A stretch of DNA of 64,000 nucleotides. Origin: a virus. Taxonomy: Duplodnaviria; Heunggongvirae; Uroviricota; Caudoviricetes. Both the position numbers and the translations under genes were made by a program. Numbering within the stretch: position 1 is the first letter of the stretch; every line of letters begins with the position of its first letter. The stretch lies in the IMG/VR virus record IMGVR_UViG_3300014205_008670, positions 1 through 64,000 of that record. One strand, given 5' to 3'. The notes beneath the pieces are model-generated. The model was not told the DNA's origin. It did no database searches and was given only the letters and a program-made list of their open reading frames with translations. Shown one piece after another: positions 9,701 through 15,895 of the stretch.

Positions 9701-11413
9701 GGTAAGGCGTATAATACAGACCTACAAATAGATCTTCCGCCTACGTTAAACAATATTCTAAATACTTTAAAACAAAACAATTCATACGGATTGCTTGTTG
9801 GTGGTGCTGTCCGAGATAAATTTCTTGGTCTAGAACCAAAAGATTTAGATATAGAAGTTTATGGCATAAGCTATGAACAGCTTTTTAAAATCTTAAGTAA
9901 ATTTGATAGAAAAAATTCTCCAGATGTTGTTGGTAAATCATTTGGGATAATAAAAATAACAGATAACGAAGGTAATGACTATGATTTTTCAATTCCAAGA
10001 AGAGAATCAAAAACAGGAGTTGGACATCAGGGATTTTCTGTAGAGTTTGATCCTAATATTACTCCAAAGGAAGCTGCTGCAAGAAGAGACTTTACTATAA
10101 ACTCTTTGTCGTACGATCCTTTGACACATCAGGTTTTTGATTATTTTGGTGGTGTAGATGATATACAAAATAAAATTCTTAAAGCTACTTCTCCTGCATT
10201 TGCCGAAGATTCACTAAGGGCATTAAGAGGGATGCAGTTTGCCGGAAGATTTGGCTTTTCTTTAGAAGATCAAACAGCAGAAATGATAAGGGGTTTAATA
10301 AGCGATTATCCGTCTCTAGCTAAAGAACGTGTTTCTGGTGAATGGATGAAGTTTTTTACAAAGAGTAATCATCCCGGAAAAGCTTTAGAATTTTTAATTA
10401 AAAGTGGTTGGATAAAATTATATCCAGAAATAAATGCCTTTATTCCAGACAAATATGAAGAACAATTGTTAGAAGAAATAAAGTCAGATAATTATCCGGG
10501 TATTTCTGGACATAAAAGTATAAGGCAAGAGTTTGAATGGCATCCCGAAGGGTCTGTTTTACTTCACACAATTTATGTTTTAGAAGCTTCTGCAAAAATT
10601 GCTGACGAACAAAACATAAAGGGTGAAGACAGGGCTGTTATTTTAATGTCAGCATTATGTCACGATTTAGGTAAAGCTACACATACAAAAATAGAAAATA
10701 AAAAAGGAATACAAAGAGTAACTTCTCCGGGACATGAAGAGGCTAGTGTTCCTTTAGCTAAAACATTTTTAGAAAGTGTTGGAATCAAAAAAAATCTTAT
10801 TGACAGAGTTTTGCCATTAGTAGGAAATCATATGCAGCATATAACATATGATTCAAAATCTAAAAACGGAAATGTCAGACAAATTGCTGAAAGAATTTTT
10901 CCGGCTACAATAAGAGAATTAGAGTTAGTAATAAGATCAGATATGGGAGGAAGACCTCCATTACCCGGTGGGTTACCTCCAGAAGCAGAGCAAATGGTTT
11001 CTGACGCTAGAGAACATGGTGTTTATGAAGGTAAATATCAAAACCTAATTCAAGGAAGAGATTTGATTGAAGAGTTTAATCTTAAGCCCGGAATAATTAT
11101 GGGGGAAACATTAAAATTTGTTAGACAAAAAATGTTAGAGGGTTTGGTTTCCAGTCGTGAAGAAGCACTTATTGTTGCTGATGATTTTTTGAAGAGAAAA
11201 CAAAATTTTATTAACGGTAAAGATGTTTTAGAGGTAATGGAAACAGATAAAGGGGGACCGTTTGTAAAAGAAATATTAGATTTGGCATGGGAACAACAAA
11301 AAAATGGGACACTAAAGACAAGAGAAGAATCAATTAACTGGTTAATTGGATATGTTAAAGGTAATCTAGAAATAAAACCAGAAACAAACAACAACATTAT
11401 TTCAGAGGAATAA
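302..11413 (+). CDS. giant multidomain (polyvalent-type) protein, 3703 aa. N-terminal C39-like cysteine peptidase, internal ParB/Srx-like motif, Cys4 zinc ribbon, C-terminal class II CCA-adding/poly(A) polymerase head + HD phosphohydrolase domain
   Basis: Uninterrupted 11.1-kb ORF. N-terminus has KYSWDCGPHTF with a downstream SGHWVVLVGSDKDYLYFIDP His box, a papain-like C39 pattern. ITGHEGRHRMEALRR resembles the ParB/sulfiredoxin DGHHR box. CPDCG...CKDCG is a zinc ribbon. The C-terminus has LLVGGAVRDKFLGLEPKDLDIE (GGxVRD + DxD), RRDFTINSL (class II motif C), EDSLRALRGMQFAGRFGF (motif D), then HPEG...CHDLGK (HD domain). Confidence 0.85.
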   Translation: MPKILNVPKSKQKYSWDCGPHTFISIIKALKNTVPSENEIIKNLNADKKTGTDPLNYIEALNKENIKSHLMENPDIEKIKKAIISGNPVALIVQAYSDSKEEVINLKSGHWVVLVGSDKDYLYFIDPLSKSGITKIKESDFLYRWKNIVKKNQPEKRTAIVIDYKIDKIIKIKNDIDLMPMSLGTNKMNYWYKKASQEENIIEKLENDDYKSHEELISDLENSVLIWREVRLKNENIVILSTDGKKEYVAIVHDGYNDFDDIFDWFYGISDIDIYNYVDYLEENDFWEGVSEGYFLYHATDCKNIESIKEKGLIVDCKTRAITNRNMPCAVFSHPNDTSLDSYGDCVIGINVGLMKKDGYMPKTMKENGMEEAEVREILAHKLGIEDFDIYDELNKGMSQGLDPETIAFLGNIPPKYLIFPENIKANKSSSIKIATKMTQEDFIKQFNDFQKKINKVFEKYSYINPEYIKEYKEDFFKNLNRFIEHYDYTSLDLDELMKILDDISYAYKNAGWIMDSAFSKKQETKNISNLKDFRSEVYYLVMQFKKGFLENKNPEGRLDVLQEVFDLVDYSLDELSLKYKNYSEIIKKAVSIWSEAKTKIAEQIFQSPNRLFNYVRHFISKIEDLDTETSDIDFNSEINIKEHYYDGICPDCGMEIPENSKVNDSCKDCGHVFNLEYELTEEDLDRLEDSIDKEFREDLYRLGYNSLRKLEKFLNIEKTKEFEHYEGFEDFGNNIFLNNKSWYKLSQNEDHININFDPSGTGSTPNNLNIEYLGFTKYLTPNEFLSNAAPLQEVNEKTIQYFIDKYKNGEPISNPTFYAIYDEDKNVLEITGHEGRHRMEALRRVSPNEKVPVHIFPQGLRARHFVDKNVNEISFVPEKYSEKKYSGKNFIKNSANIGEQIDLFENDVELSPFTLLNGYFKILEEIKPYLDESVFVHFDQTNIDEMVQEEMESQGNDYANNYLENYDDIYGQLIHSLRDQGYFDEKENTYKSLLQEISNKIKVKSMEILSLEPFSKLVIDKINNNDFFLTKILNKEIFDDNENYFKNNEDVDILKNIYLNGDFNSICSQYVDINYLIDNFPSIFDYYSYRGLEKGPGYETLIPILNEYDDSNFSIEEEDLVDLIPYQSKIEWILEEYNDQILESIQEGTYYSLKESYSEMARKLGVGKNEKDLENFTILDLFVNAGINIIEDPENPEGSYSDSFIEELKGGVSYLYEFFKDNKDESVDFSENCLYLLKQMQEVSVSIVISGLNLDYDFYKDNVLSMFKNQLKLTYPGSFELNFAKFIMEMCHEYAEIRDEKKEEKDEILETYHLNISKKDELLSRISITKSEISSLEDLKKTGNISIVDYEKRNSELENKMEKENRRLETLEYDIKKIQEKLQVAQENIPEFLNLRNCNVAKILMNKIAVLLENKDKDSFFPKFCYITNQNVNRNVKKNWIAKNAIPFLETYLNTTPNPNGSIQILYQKMGPLAGTDRETIPQNVAAGKNYVLKWLSSRVFDSGEEIHNCIQPFFDHTIMGQQFLGKFLEDEFLGERNSNTINLVLRARKDLIEKKHLIPGEKNPPSEVLWSPSKKIENYIVPDKKRDILAYHEYSLALLYGGVGTGDTLGMFSVELLKEGYSNKAIEHFLSKINFEKGQNITPYSSNHGNFDFVITSKLDPINVVAGDKTNCCFSIGDAAESSLVDAFTNPDSGFLIVYIAGTKTLVAQSWIRLNYDSEKTPSLYLDNIETVSKYKFSTDLTKCFKLFAEKIKKDRNYKNVYVGKNLSKIIFHSPAIRPNDIPRFPGAKSGIYSDLSTGAWIIANKKTDKNWYKISGVEDFVSGIQNYDINEVIEKYPNESELNEEQKRNIRSISFSTNYGSSKSKTKLFLKYPQYTYYSLYVLEQYFLGYNPEEKEILLIWNKMDKEKDQNIPDSLPAYIYNDIAKNYTNMISTEFATNVFRNKTKYPGALIYACAKKFPDLYKCLNSNNPDTVLDSLLKKIEFPNEKNIEESIEITRNMVRPLNNIDGTVLSEEEYKKEKEIKNQNQKYFIDFFVELNKEEKKLFNILKRDSESNFTSIYSSSSYWNISLDSANLYLLLDKVLDSYKNKNNYIDKDSGFRVYNFTIKEKQLSYISFCGNLISKEILENIIKSLGSVTKKESEFSISKYDFNIYLNGEKKEVSINSEHISSPDNCFRRDRSNTNLSGFILQSFPLYEELYMDIFNKKYKNIIDETANENDFVLLKTDPLFYLLGELAGNEASYIFVNRHKVIDRETYNKISNPFSYSVTTNDFLELYKKIISKIPQNIRKSFEKQNIEHLFNFKINDPLKSNTWTYLCSGVFSPEFIQSLIEKWPEDARKVRNLIKSNSSEEVNNELKEKIDIFSDKKLKNLNKDISEFLLGQNNSKLFHVSDFPELKEFSTDFLNFFLKNNDKETYNYQESVNETKLQSALKNLEKIEIYIVDSHNLIEQFGEEQLRGYRIHPENISGFYSGPYNIFQKPNPIIVIFSDNTSSAEDICESVSEILGMRPIGSTGLNLRKEQTLWHETTHGLIDLAIGDIEKERNYYENTTTWLSDIEEVLTISYGNLDYIKNRVSEMVERTFPKDKKMIEGFIENLKKDLIKEFPLEFYGVYSEKAKIEIDEYVKEELPEILSKENMDSLKQSIVSMFSKFFLSKMLVQKFDSINSIGDDRNKLKFPSDKIVPEVNEEPYVQNKKDEFILELEKRSDYQDFINKVKERIKGITFSKNKDTMYEYKSYINNTKNNMSPIFTIYDLIRFIYDQNFYSLSDVDVNKINPYFEDIIPESLLNDITEYVIIEKEKLNIPLNIQEPEITSEEAEDLGNMIYDTRENIGKGWEWLAFNENKLYKKAKTNWYKISQHTNTLVCIDIQEEWKEYFSNIDMCDFFKFINSYDKTIYVVDSLASGIDFYSDYKAKLPKDLAFQFYNNSNEDKNNDEFDFDSLYEYGECPVSPKIDFQIKNYGGILREAIDAGMDNEVKFMLKSIINKDINEEKLDYIEETIKELDKHTGIDYWEKEFDFLEADQLAQKIYEKFSYHSSELIQGIPNDFWKSLGSIDICGGGINECLAEVTAALDILDVQYNIINKYTYGSNEKFYKNSLAKTLTNNDLSITVPNYRKESKMLTFAQMADGGKAYNTDLQIDLPPTLNNILNTLKQNNSYGLLVGGAVRDKFLGLEPKDLDIEVYGISYEQLFKILSKFDRKNSPDVVGKSFGIIKITDNEGNDYDFSIPRRESKTGVGHQGFSVEFDPNITPKEAAARRDFTINSLSYDPLTHQVFDYFGGVDDIQNKILKATSPAFAEDSLRALRGMQFAGRFGFSLEDQTAEMIRGLISDYPSLAKERVSGEWMKFFTKSNHPGKALEFLIKSGWIKLYPEINAFIPDKYEEQLLEEIKSDNYPGISGHKSIRQEFEWHPEGSVLLHTIYVLEASAKIADEQNIKGEDRAVILMSALCHDLGKATHTKIENKKGIQRVTSPGHEEASVPLAKTFLESVGIKKNLIDRVLPLVGNHMQHITYDSKSKNGNVRQIAERIFPATIRELELVIRSDMGGRPPLPGGLPPEAEQMVSDAREHGVYEGKYQNLIQGRDLIEEFNLKPGIIMGETLKFVRQKMLEGLVSSREEALIVADDFLKRKQNFINGKDVLEVMETDKGGPFVKEILDLAWEQQKNGTLKTREESINWLIGYVKGNLEIKPETNNNIISEE
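2650..2900 (+). other. ParB/Srx-like (ParB N-terminal nuclease-like) motif region within the giant protein
   Basis: LEITGHEGRHRMEALRRV resembles the ParB/sulfiredoxin GxxRxxA / DGHHR box. Weaker than the other domain calls. Confidence 0.4.
9740..10860 (+). other. class II tRNA nucleotidyltransferase (CCA-adding / poly(A) polymerase-like) head-neck plus HD domain, C-terminal part of the giant protein
   Basis: GGAVRD, DLDIE, RRDFTIN and EDxLRxLRxxRF motifs are present in canonical order. The downstream HD domain (H...HD...D) matches bacterial Cca. Confidence 0.8.
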
Positions 11414-11415
11414 TT

Positions 11416-11826
11416 ATGAATAACCCATTTTATAAGAAATCTTCAAAAAAAATTGCGGGTCCTTTTAACTTAAAAAATATTGATCAAAGAACTGAAAGAA
11501 GATATTATCAAACAACCTTAAAAGATCCTGTTAGTAGTATTTATATTCCTGAATATGATACAACTTATAATAGTGGAGAATATCTTGATACAAGAAGAAA
11601 CTATTTCAAAATAATAGGTATAAAAGAAGACTCTTCAGATGTTAATAATTCTATTTTTGAGCTTCAAGAATATGATCCTTTTGAAGGCAAAACTGTTGGA
11701 TCTATTGTAAGCAGAAAATTCTATCAGATAAATGGTTATGAGATAAGAAGTGAAGAGGAAATGAAATTAATTTCAGAATCTTTGAAAAAAGGTAAGTCTA
11801 ATAAAAGTGTAAATAGTAGATTTTAA
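11416..11826 (+). CDS. hypothetical protein starting with an NPFYKK motif
   Basis: ATG preceded by GAGGAA. N-terminus MNNPFYKKSSKK shares the peptide motif repeated in the 34029..36161 protein. Confidence 0.5.
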   Translation: MNNPFYKKSSKKIAGPFNLKNIDQRTERRYYQTTLKDPVSSIYIPEYDTTYNSGEYLDTRRNYFKIIGIKEDSSDVNNSIFELQEYDPFEGKTVGSIVSRKFYQINGYEIRSEEEMKLISESLKKGKSNKSVNSRF

Positions 11827-12139
11827 AATTTTCTATTATTTTCTATTCTTTGTTTTGATTCTTCAATTTCTTCAAACTTTATATTAAAAATAGCTTCAAT
11901 ACATTTAGTTGCATCTTCCATGTCTTCTATTATAAATTGATGGTTTTTCAAAGGCGTAAATGAAGTTTTAAATAGTTCTAGCAAAAATTTAATACTTACT
12001 ATTTGATCGGCTATCCTTTCTAGTTCTACTTGAATTTCTCTATTGTTGACATTTAGCATTTTGTCTTGTTCGTCTAGTTGTTTCGCTATTTCACGAACTA
12101 TTACAGGATTTGTTATTGATATTTTTTCAATAAGCATTT
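11823..12139 (-). CDS. hypothetical protein
   Basis: The track ORF starts at TTG (12179). An internal ATG at 12139 has GGAG 8 nt upstream and is the more likely start. The upstream track residues lie in a terminator palindrome. Confidence 0.45.
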
Positions 12140-12147
12140 TAGTCTCC

Positions 12148-12176
12148 AATAAAAAGGAGGAGGCACTGCCTCCTCC
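12148..12176 (-). terminator. intrinsic terminator downstream of the Hsp20 gene
   Basis: Perfect 10-bp inverted repeat GGAGGAGGCA-c-TGCCTCCTCC, followed on the - strand by TTTTTATT. Confidence 0.6.
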
Positions 12177-12203
12177 CAATTATTTCTATTTTAAATTAAA
12201 CTG

Positions 12204-12770
12204 TTATTCTATTTGAATCTTTTTCCTACTCTTTTCTTTCTTCTTTTCTTCAAAACTAAATGGAATCTTAATTTCAAGAATTCCATCCTTAGCGGTACTT
12301 TCAATTTTATCTATATCTTTAATGTTTTCAAATGAAACTGGAATTCTTCTTTCAAAGTTTGATTTCTTAACTTCTGAATAAAAAATTTCTTCGTTATTTT
12401 GACCTTCACTTGATTCTTTTTCCCCACTAACAATTAATGCTTGTTGCTCGTGATCATATTCTAAAGAAATTTTATTCTTGTCATATCCACTAATATGAAG
12501 TTTTAGTATGAGAATATCTTTTTCAAGATCTCTTAAAATTTCAAGACATGGAAATTTTGAGTTAGTTTGATATATTTCTTTTAATCTTGGTTTAAATCTA
12601 GGGCTTAATAGTTCATCTGCCAATTGATCTAAAGCATTAAGAACGTCATTTTCTCCAAACAAGGGGCTTGTAATACTTCTAAATGGAGATGTGGCTTTTA
12701 TTGAAAAAAACTCACTAGGAACTACACTACCTACACTACCTACACTACGACTACTGTTACGGTTTGTCAT
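12204..12770 (-). CDS. small heat-shock protein, Hsp20/alpha-crystallin family
   Basis: Alpha-crystallin domain pattern (LKLHISGYDKNKISLEYDHEQQALIVSGEKE ... DGILEIKIPF). Start moved to the ATG at 12770, which has a GGAGGT RBS; the track starts at a GTG at 12809. Confidence 0.7.
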   Translation of the reverse strand: MTNRNSSRSVGSVGSVVPSEFFSIKATSPFRSITSPLFGENDVLNALDQLADELLSPRFKPRLKEIYQTNSKFPCLEILRDLEKDILILKLHISGYDKNKISLEYDHEQQALIVSGEKESSEGQNNEEIFYSEVKKSNFERRIPVSFENIKDIDKIESTAKDGILEIKIPFSFEEKKKEKSRKKIQIE

Positions 12771-12862
12771 GGTCCGTACCTCCGAATTTATTTTAGGCTC
12801 TTTCGACACCTATAACATACCAAATTGGTCATGTCTCTTTTTTATACGACAAGAAATATTTT

Positions 12863-12900
12863 GGCCAAAAAATTGATTTTTTATTTTTACCATAATCACA
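12863..12900 (+). promoter_or_regulatory. candidate promoter with an upstream TTTGGCCA element (family member A)
   Basis: TTTTGGCCAAAAAATTGATT lies in the divergent intergenic region upstream of the 12930 CDS. The same GGCC(A)+TTGA arrangement recurs at 13521, 18514, 21099 and 49810. Confidence 0.3.
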
Positions 12901-12929
12901 ATAATCGTATCTTTTGTTGGAGAACAAAT

Positions 12930-13322
12930 ATGAGCGATAATATTAGAATGGTAATAGAAGACATTGTATCTTCTTATTTTGAAAAAATAAATTGGGAAAA
13001 TATTGTAGGACCTGCTGTTTTAGAAAAAATAGAAGTTAAAACTAAAGCAGACTATAATTTTGTTAATGAAATTGTTGATAGCATTTCTATGGCTTTATCT
13101 GATAATGTTTCTGGAGAACAAATAACAGAAGAAATAATGGAACAAATTAAACTTAGAACAGTTTCTTTTGACCAAACACCTAATGTTGAAGAATCTGGAA
13201 ATATGATTTGCTCTAAGTGTTACCGTCCGTTTGGAGTTTGGACATCAACCTCTGGAAATAGTTTCTCAGATCAAACAATAATTTCTAATGGAAAATCTAT
13301 ATTAATGATGGATGATTTCTAA
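12930..13322 (+). CDS. hypothetical protein
   Basis: ATG at 12930 with a GGAGAA RBS. The ATG at 12825 sits in a promoter-like region and is unlikely. Confidence 0.5.
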   Translation: MSDNIRMVIEDIVSSYFEKINWENIVGPAVLEKIEVKTKADYNFVNEIVDSISMALSDNVSGEQITEEIMEQIKLRTVSFDQTPNVEESGNMICSKCYRPFGVWTSTSGNSFSDQTIISNGKSILMMDDF

Positions 13323-13513
13323 TGAATAAAAAAGAATATGTTTTTGATAGTGAAAACCCAGATAAATATCCATTTGGATATAGTGTAGTAAAACGTAAAG
13401 AAAGAGCCGGAATGGAATATGATTTATATATTCCAAACTTACCTCCTATAGGCAATTGGACAAGATCTGTTGCTATTTTTAATAGCAGATTTATTTTTGT
13501 ATTAGAAAAATAA
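13322..13513 (+). CDS. hypothetical small protein
   Basis: ATGA overlap with the upstream gene suggests translational coupling. Confidence 0.35.
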   Translation: MNKKEYVFDSENPDKYPFGYSVVKRKERAGMEYDLYIPNLPPIGNWTRSVAIFNSRFIFVLEK

Positions 13514-13520
13514 TATTTTT

Positions 13521-13560
13521 GGCCGTTACCCTTGTCATTTGACTTCCATTGCAGTGAAAT
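13521..13560 (+). promoter_or_regulatory. candidate sigma70-like promoter (GGCC element, -35 TTGTCA, 17 nt, -10 TGAAAT)
   Basis: GGCCgttaccCTTGTCA-17nt-TGAAAT upstream of the SPFH-M28-RtcB gene string. Confidence 0.35.
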
Positions 13561-13615
13561 TTCCCTGCATGTGATTTGCTAATTTTAGTTTGTAAATTTA
13601 AAGGAGATCCAAAAA

Positions 13616-14971
13616 ATGGATTTTAAAAAACTAACACGCTTTGTAGTTCCTGTTATTATTTTTGCAATTGTTCTTTTCAGTTTGCTTGCTGGCTCTTATC
13701 TTGTTGAAGAAGTAAGGGCTGGTGAATATCATATTGTTCAATATCCATCCGGCAAATTAGTGGCAAAGATGGAGCCGGGTTGGTATGGTCAATGGTTCGG
13801 AACGGTTACAAAATGGCCAAAAGCATTTACCCTTAACTTTGATCGGAATCCTGATACTACCGTTGATTCTCAGGCACAAAACGATATAGATATTACTGCA
13901 ATTGAAGTTAGGTTTGCAGACGGAACTATTGCTCCAATTGAAGGTTCGTTAAGAGGAGAACTTCCACGAAGTCCGGAAATGGCAGTTGATCTTGTTTCTA
14001 AATTTGGATATAGATCAGTTCATGAACTTGTAGAAAATCTTGTAGCAAGACGAGTCCGTGTGTCTGTTAATAGTTCTGCAACAATGATGACCGCAATTGA
14101 ATCTTCTTCAAGTCGAAGAAATGATTTCATTCAACATTCTTGGGATCAAATTCAAAACGGACTATATCATACTAATACAGTATCTCAAGTTGTAGAAGGA
14201 CAAGTAAAACAAGAAGTTAAAGTGGCTAAAATTACAATAGGACCAGACGGGAATCCTATTCGTCAAAACGAAACAGGTGGATTGGATGACTTAGGTGTTG
14301 TTTTATCAAACTTTGAAATTAAGTCCTTTATTTATCCGTCAGAGTTAGAAAAACAAATTGCAAGTCAAAGAGATGCAATTATGGCTATTTCAGTGGCTAG
14401 AGCTAATGCAGAAAAGGCAAACGAAGAAGCCAAAACATCAGAAGCTCAAGGTAAAGCCAAAGTTATGACGGCTCAATATGAAGAAGAACAAATGAAAATT
14501 CGTGCTACAGTTAAAGCTGATCAAGAAAAAGCAGTTGCTTTAATTATGGCAGAAAAAGAAAAACAACAAGCCACAATTGCGGCACAAAAAAGAGTTGAAG
14601 TTGCAGAGCTTGAAAAGGAAGAGGCTGAAATTCAAGCACGTAGAGGTTTGGAAGTTGCAAAACTTAATAGGCAAGCCTCTGAAGAAGAATCCGCAAGAAT
14701 TATTTCTCTTGGTGCAGCAGAAGCTAAAGCGAAACAAGCTGTTTTTAATGCAAATGGTGCATTAACAGAAAAACTTAAAGCTTGGACTGATGCACAAGTT
14801 GCTTGGGCGCAAGCATATGGTATTCGTAGAGTCCCCGGAATTGTTCTTGGAACAAAAACTGATGACGGAACCGAAACCCTAGACCTTCAAACAGCACTAA
14901 GTGTAAAGTTATTAAATGATCTTAATCTTGATCTTGGATTAAATTCAAATACTTCTCCAACAAACAACTAA
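13616..14971 (+). CDS. membrane-anchored SPFH/band-7 (HflK/C, flotillin-like) protein
   Basis: N-terminal TM helix (VVPVIIFAIVLFSLLAGSYL), a globular domain, then a long Ala/Glu/Lys-rich coiled coil typical of SPFH proteins. Strong RBS AAAGGAGAT. Confidence 0.5.
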   Translation: MDFKKLTRFVVPVIIFAIVLFSLLAGSYLVEEVRAGEYHIVQYPSGKLVAKMEPGWYGQWFGTVTKWPKAFTLNFDRNPDTTVDSQAQNDIDITAIEVRFADGTIAPIEGSLRGELPRSPEMAVDLVSKFGYRSVHELVENLVARRVRVSVNSSATMMTAIESSSSRRNDFIQHSWDQIQNGLYHTNTVSQVVEGQVKQEVKVAKITIGPDGNPIRQNETGGLDDLGVVLSNFEIKSFIYPSELEKQIASQRDAIMAISVARANAEKANEEAKTSEAQGKAKVMTAQYEEEQMKIRATVKADQEKAVALIMAEKEKQQATIAAQKRVEVAELEKEEAEIQARRGLEVAKLNRQASEEESARIISLGAAEAKAKQAVFNANGALTEKLKAWTDAQVAWAQAYGIRRVPGIVLGTKTDDGTETLDLQTALSVKLLNDLNLDLGLNSNTSPTNN

Positions 14972-14982
14972 GAGGCTGAGAA

Positions 14983-15885
14983 ATGAAAATTTTGACTTCA
15001 AAAGACTTTGTGTTTAGCAATTTAAAAAAAGAAAATATTTCTGAAAATATTCTATCAGAAATTTCAACAAATTTCTTGGAAAAAATTGTTAGAGATATTT
15101 CGTATCCAAGACATTACACCGAAGAGTTTGAATCAAATAAAAAAGCCCGTAACTATATTGTAGAAGAATTAAAAAAGAATTCTTGGAATGTAAAACTTCA
15201 TGACTATTGTGATAATATTATTGCCACATTACCACCTTCTGAAAATCTTTCTAATTCTTCTAGAATTATTGGAGCTACACATTATGATAGTGTTCCTAAT
15301 TGCCCCGGGGCTGATGATAATGGTAGCGGAATAGCGGTTCTTTTGGCTGCTTCAAAAGTATTACCAAAAATGAATTTGAAAGTAAACCCAACTCTTATTT
15401 TCTTTAATCAAGAAGAAGATGGACTTTTGGGATCTTTTGAATTTGTAAAAAATAACAAAAAACAACTACGTGAAACAGTAAAGTCTGTGCATGTAATGGA
15501 AATGGTTGGTTATACATCTAACAAACAATTAACCCCAAAAGGATTTCCAGTAAGTATTGGAAATGTTGGTGATTTCTTGGGAATAGTTTCAAACAATAAA
15601 TCAAATATTGAATTGCTAAATCTTCTTAAGAAAAACGCAATTTATTGCCCAAACCTTCTTTCAAAGGGAATCTATCTATCAGAGGGATTTGAAAGAGTAT
15701 TTCAAGATGTAATTAGAAGTGATCATTATCCATTTTGGTTAGAAAAAATACCCGCCCTTATGTGGACAGATACTTCAAATTTTAGAAATTTTAATTATCA
15801 TAAATCAACAGACACATCAGAAACTTTAGATTATGGTTTTATGCACGAGGTTACAAAATTATTTGTTTCTTTATTTATAGAATAG
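14983..15885 (+). CDS. M28-family zinc aminopeptidase
   Basis: HYDSVPNCPGADDNGSG (His/Asp zinc ligands), NQEEDGLLGS (Glu-Glu) and a downstream DHYPF, the canonical M28 motifs in order. Confidence 0.8.
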   Translation: MKILTSKDFVFSNLKKENISENILSEISTNFLEKIVRDISYPRHYTEEFESNKKARNYIVEELKKNSWNVKLHDYCDNIIATLPPSENLSNSSRIIGATHYDSVPNCPGADDNGSGIAVLLAASKVLPKMNLKVNPTLIFFNQEEDGLLGSFEFVKNNKKQLRETVKSVHVMEMVGYTSNKQLTPKGFPVSIGNVGDFLGIVSNNKSNIELLNLLKKNAIYCPNLLSKGIYLSEGFERVFQDVIRSDHYPFWLEKIPALMWTDTSNFRNFNYHKSTDTSETLDYGFMHEVTKLFVSLFIE

Positions 15886-15895
15886 GAAAAATAAA

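Noticed and set aside
1019-11397. Numerous 60-115-aa antisense ORFs inside the giant genes (e.g. 1019..1303, 11050..11397, 39439..39624, 44830..45221)
   Set aside because: They are fully embedded in long, well-supported sense ORFs, have low-complexity or AT-codon-driven composition, and lack RBSs.
12807-12809. GTG start for Hsp20 and TTG start (12179) for the neighbouring minus-strand gene as given by the ORF track
   Set aside because: Downstream in-frame ATGs (12770 and 12139) have canonical GGAGG/GGAG RBSs. The extra N-terminal residues overlap promoter and terminator sequence.
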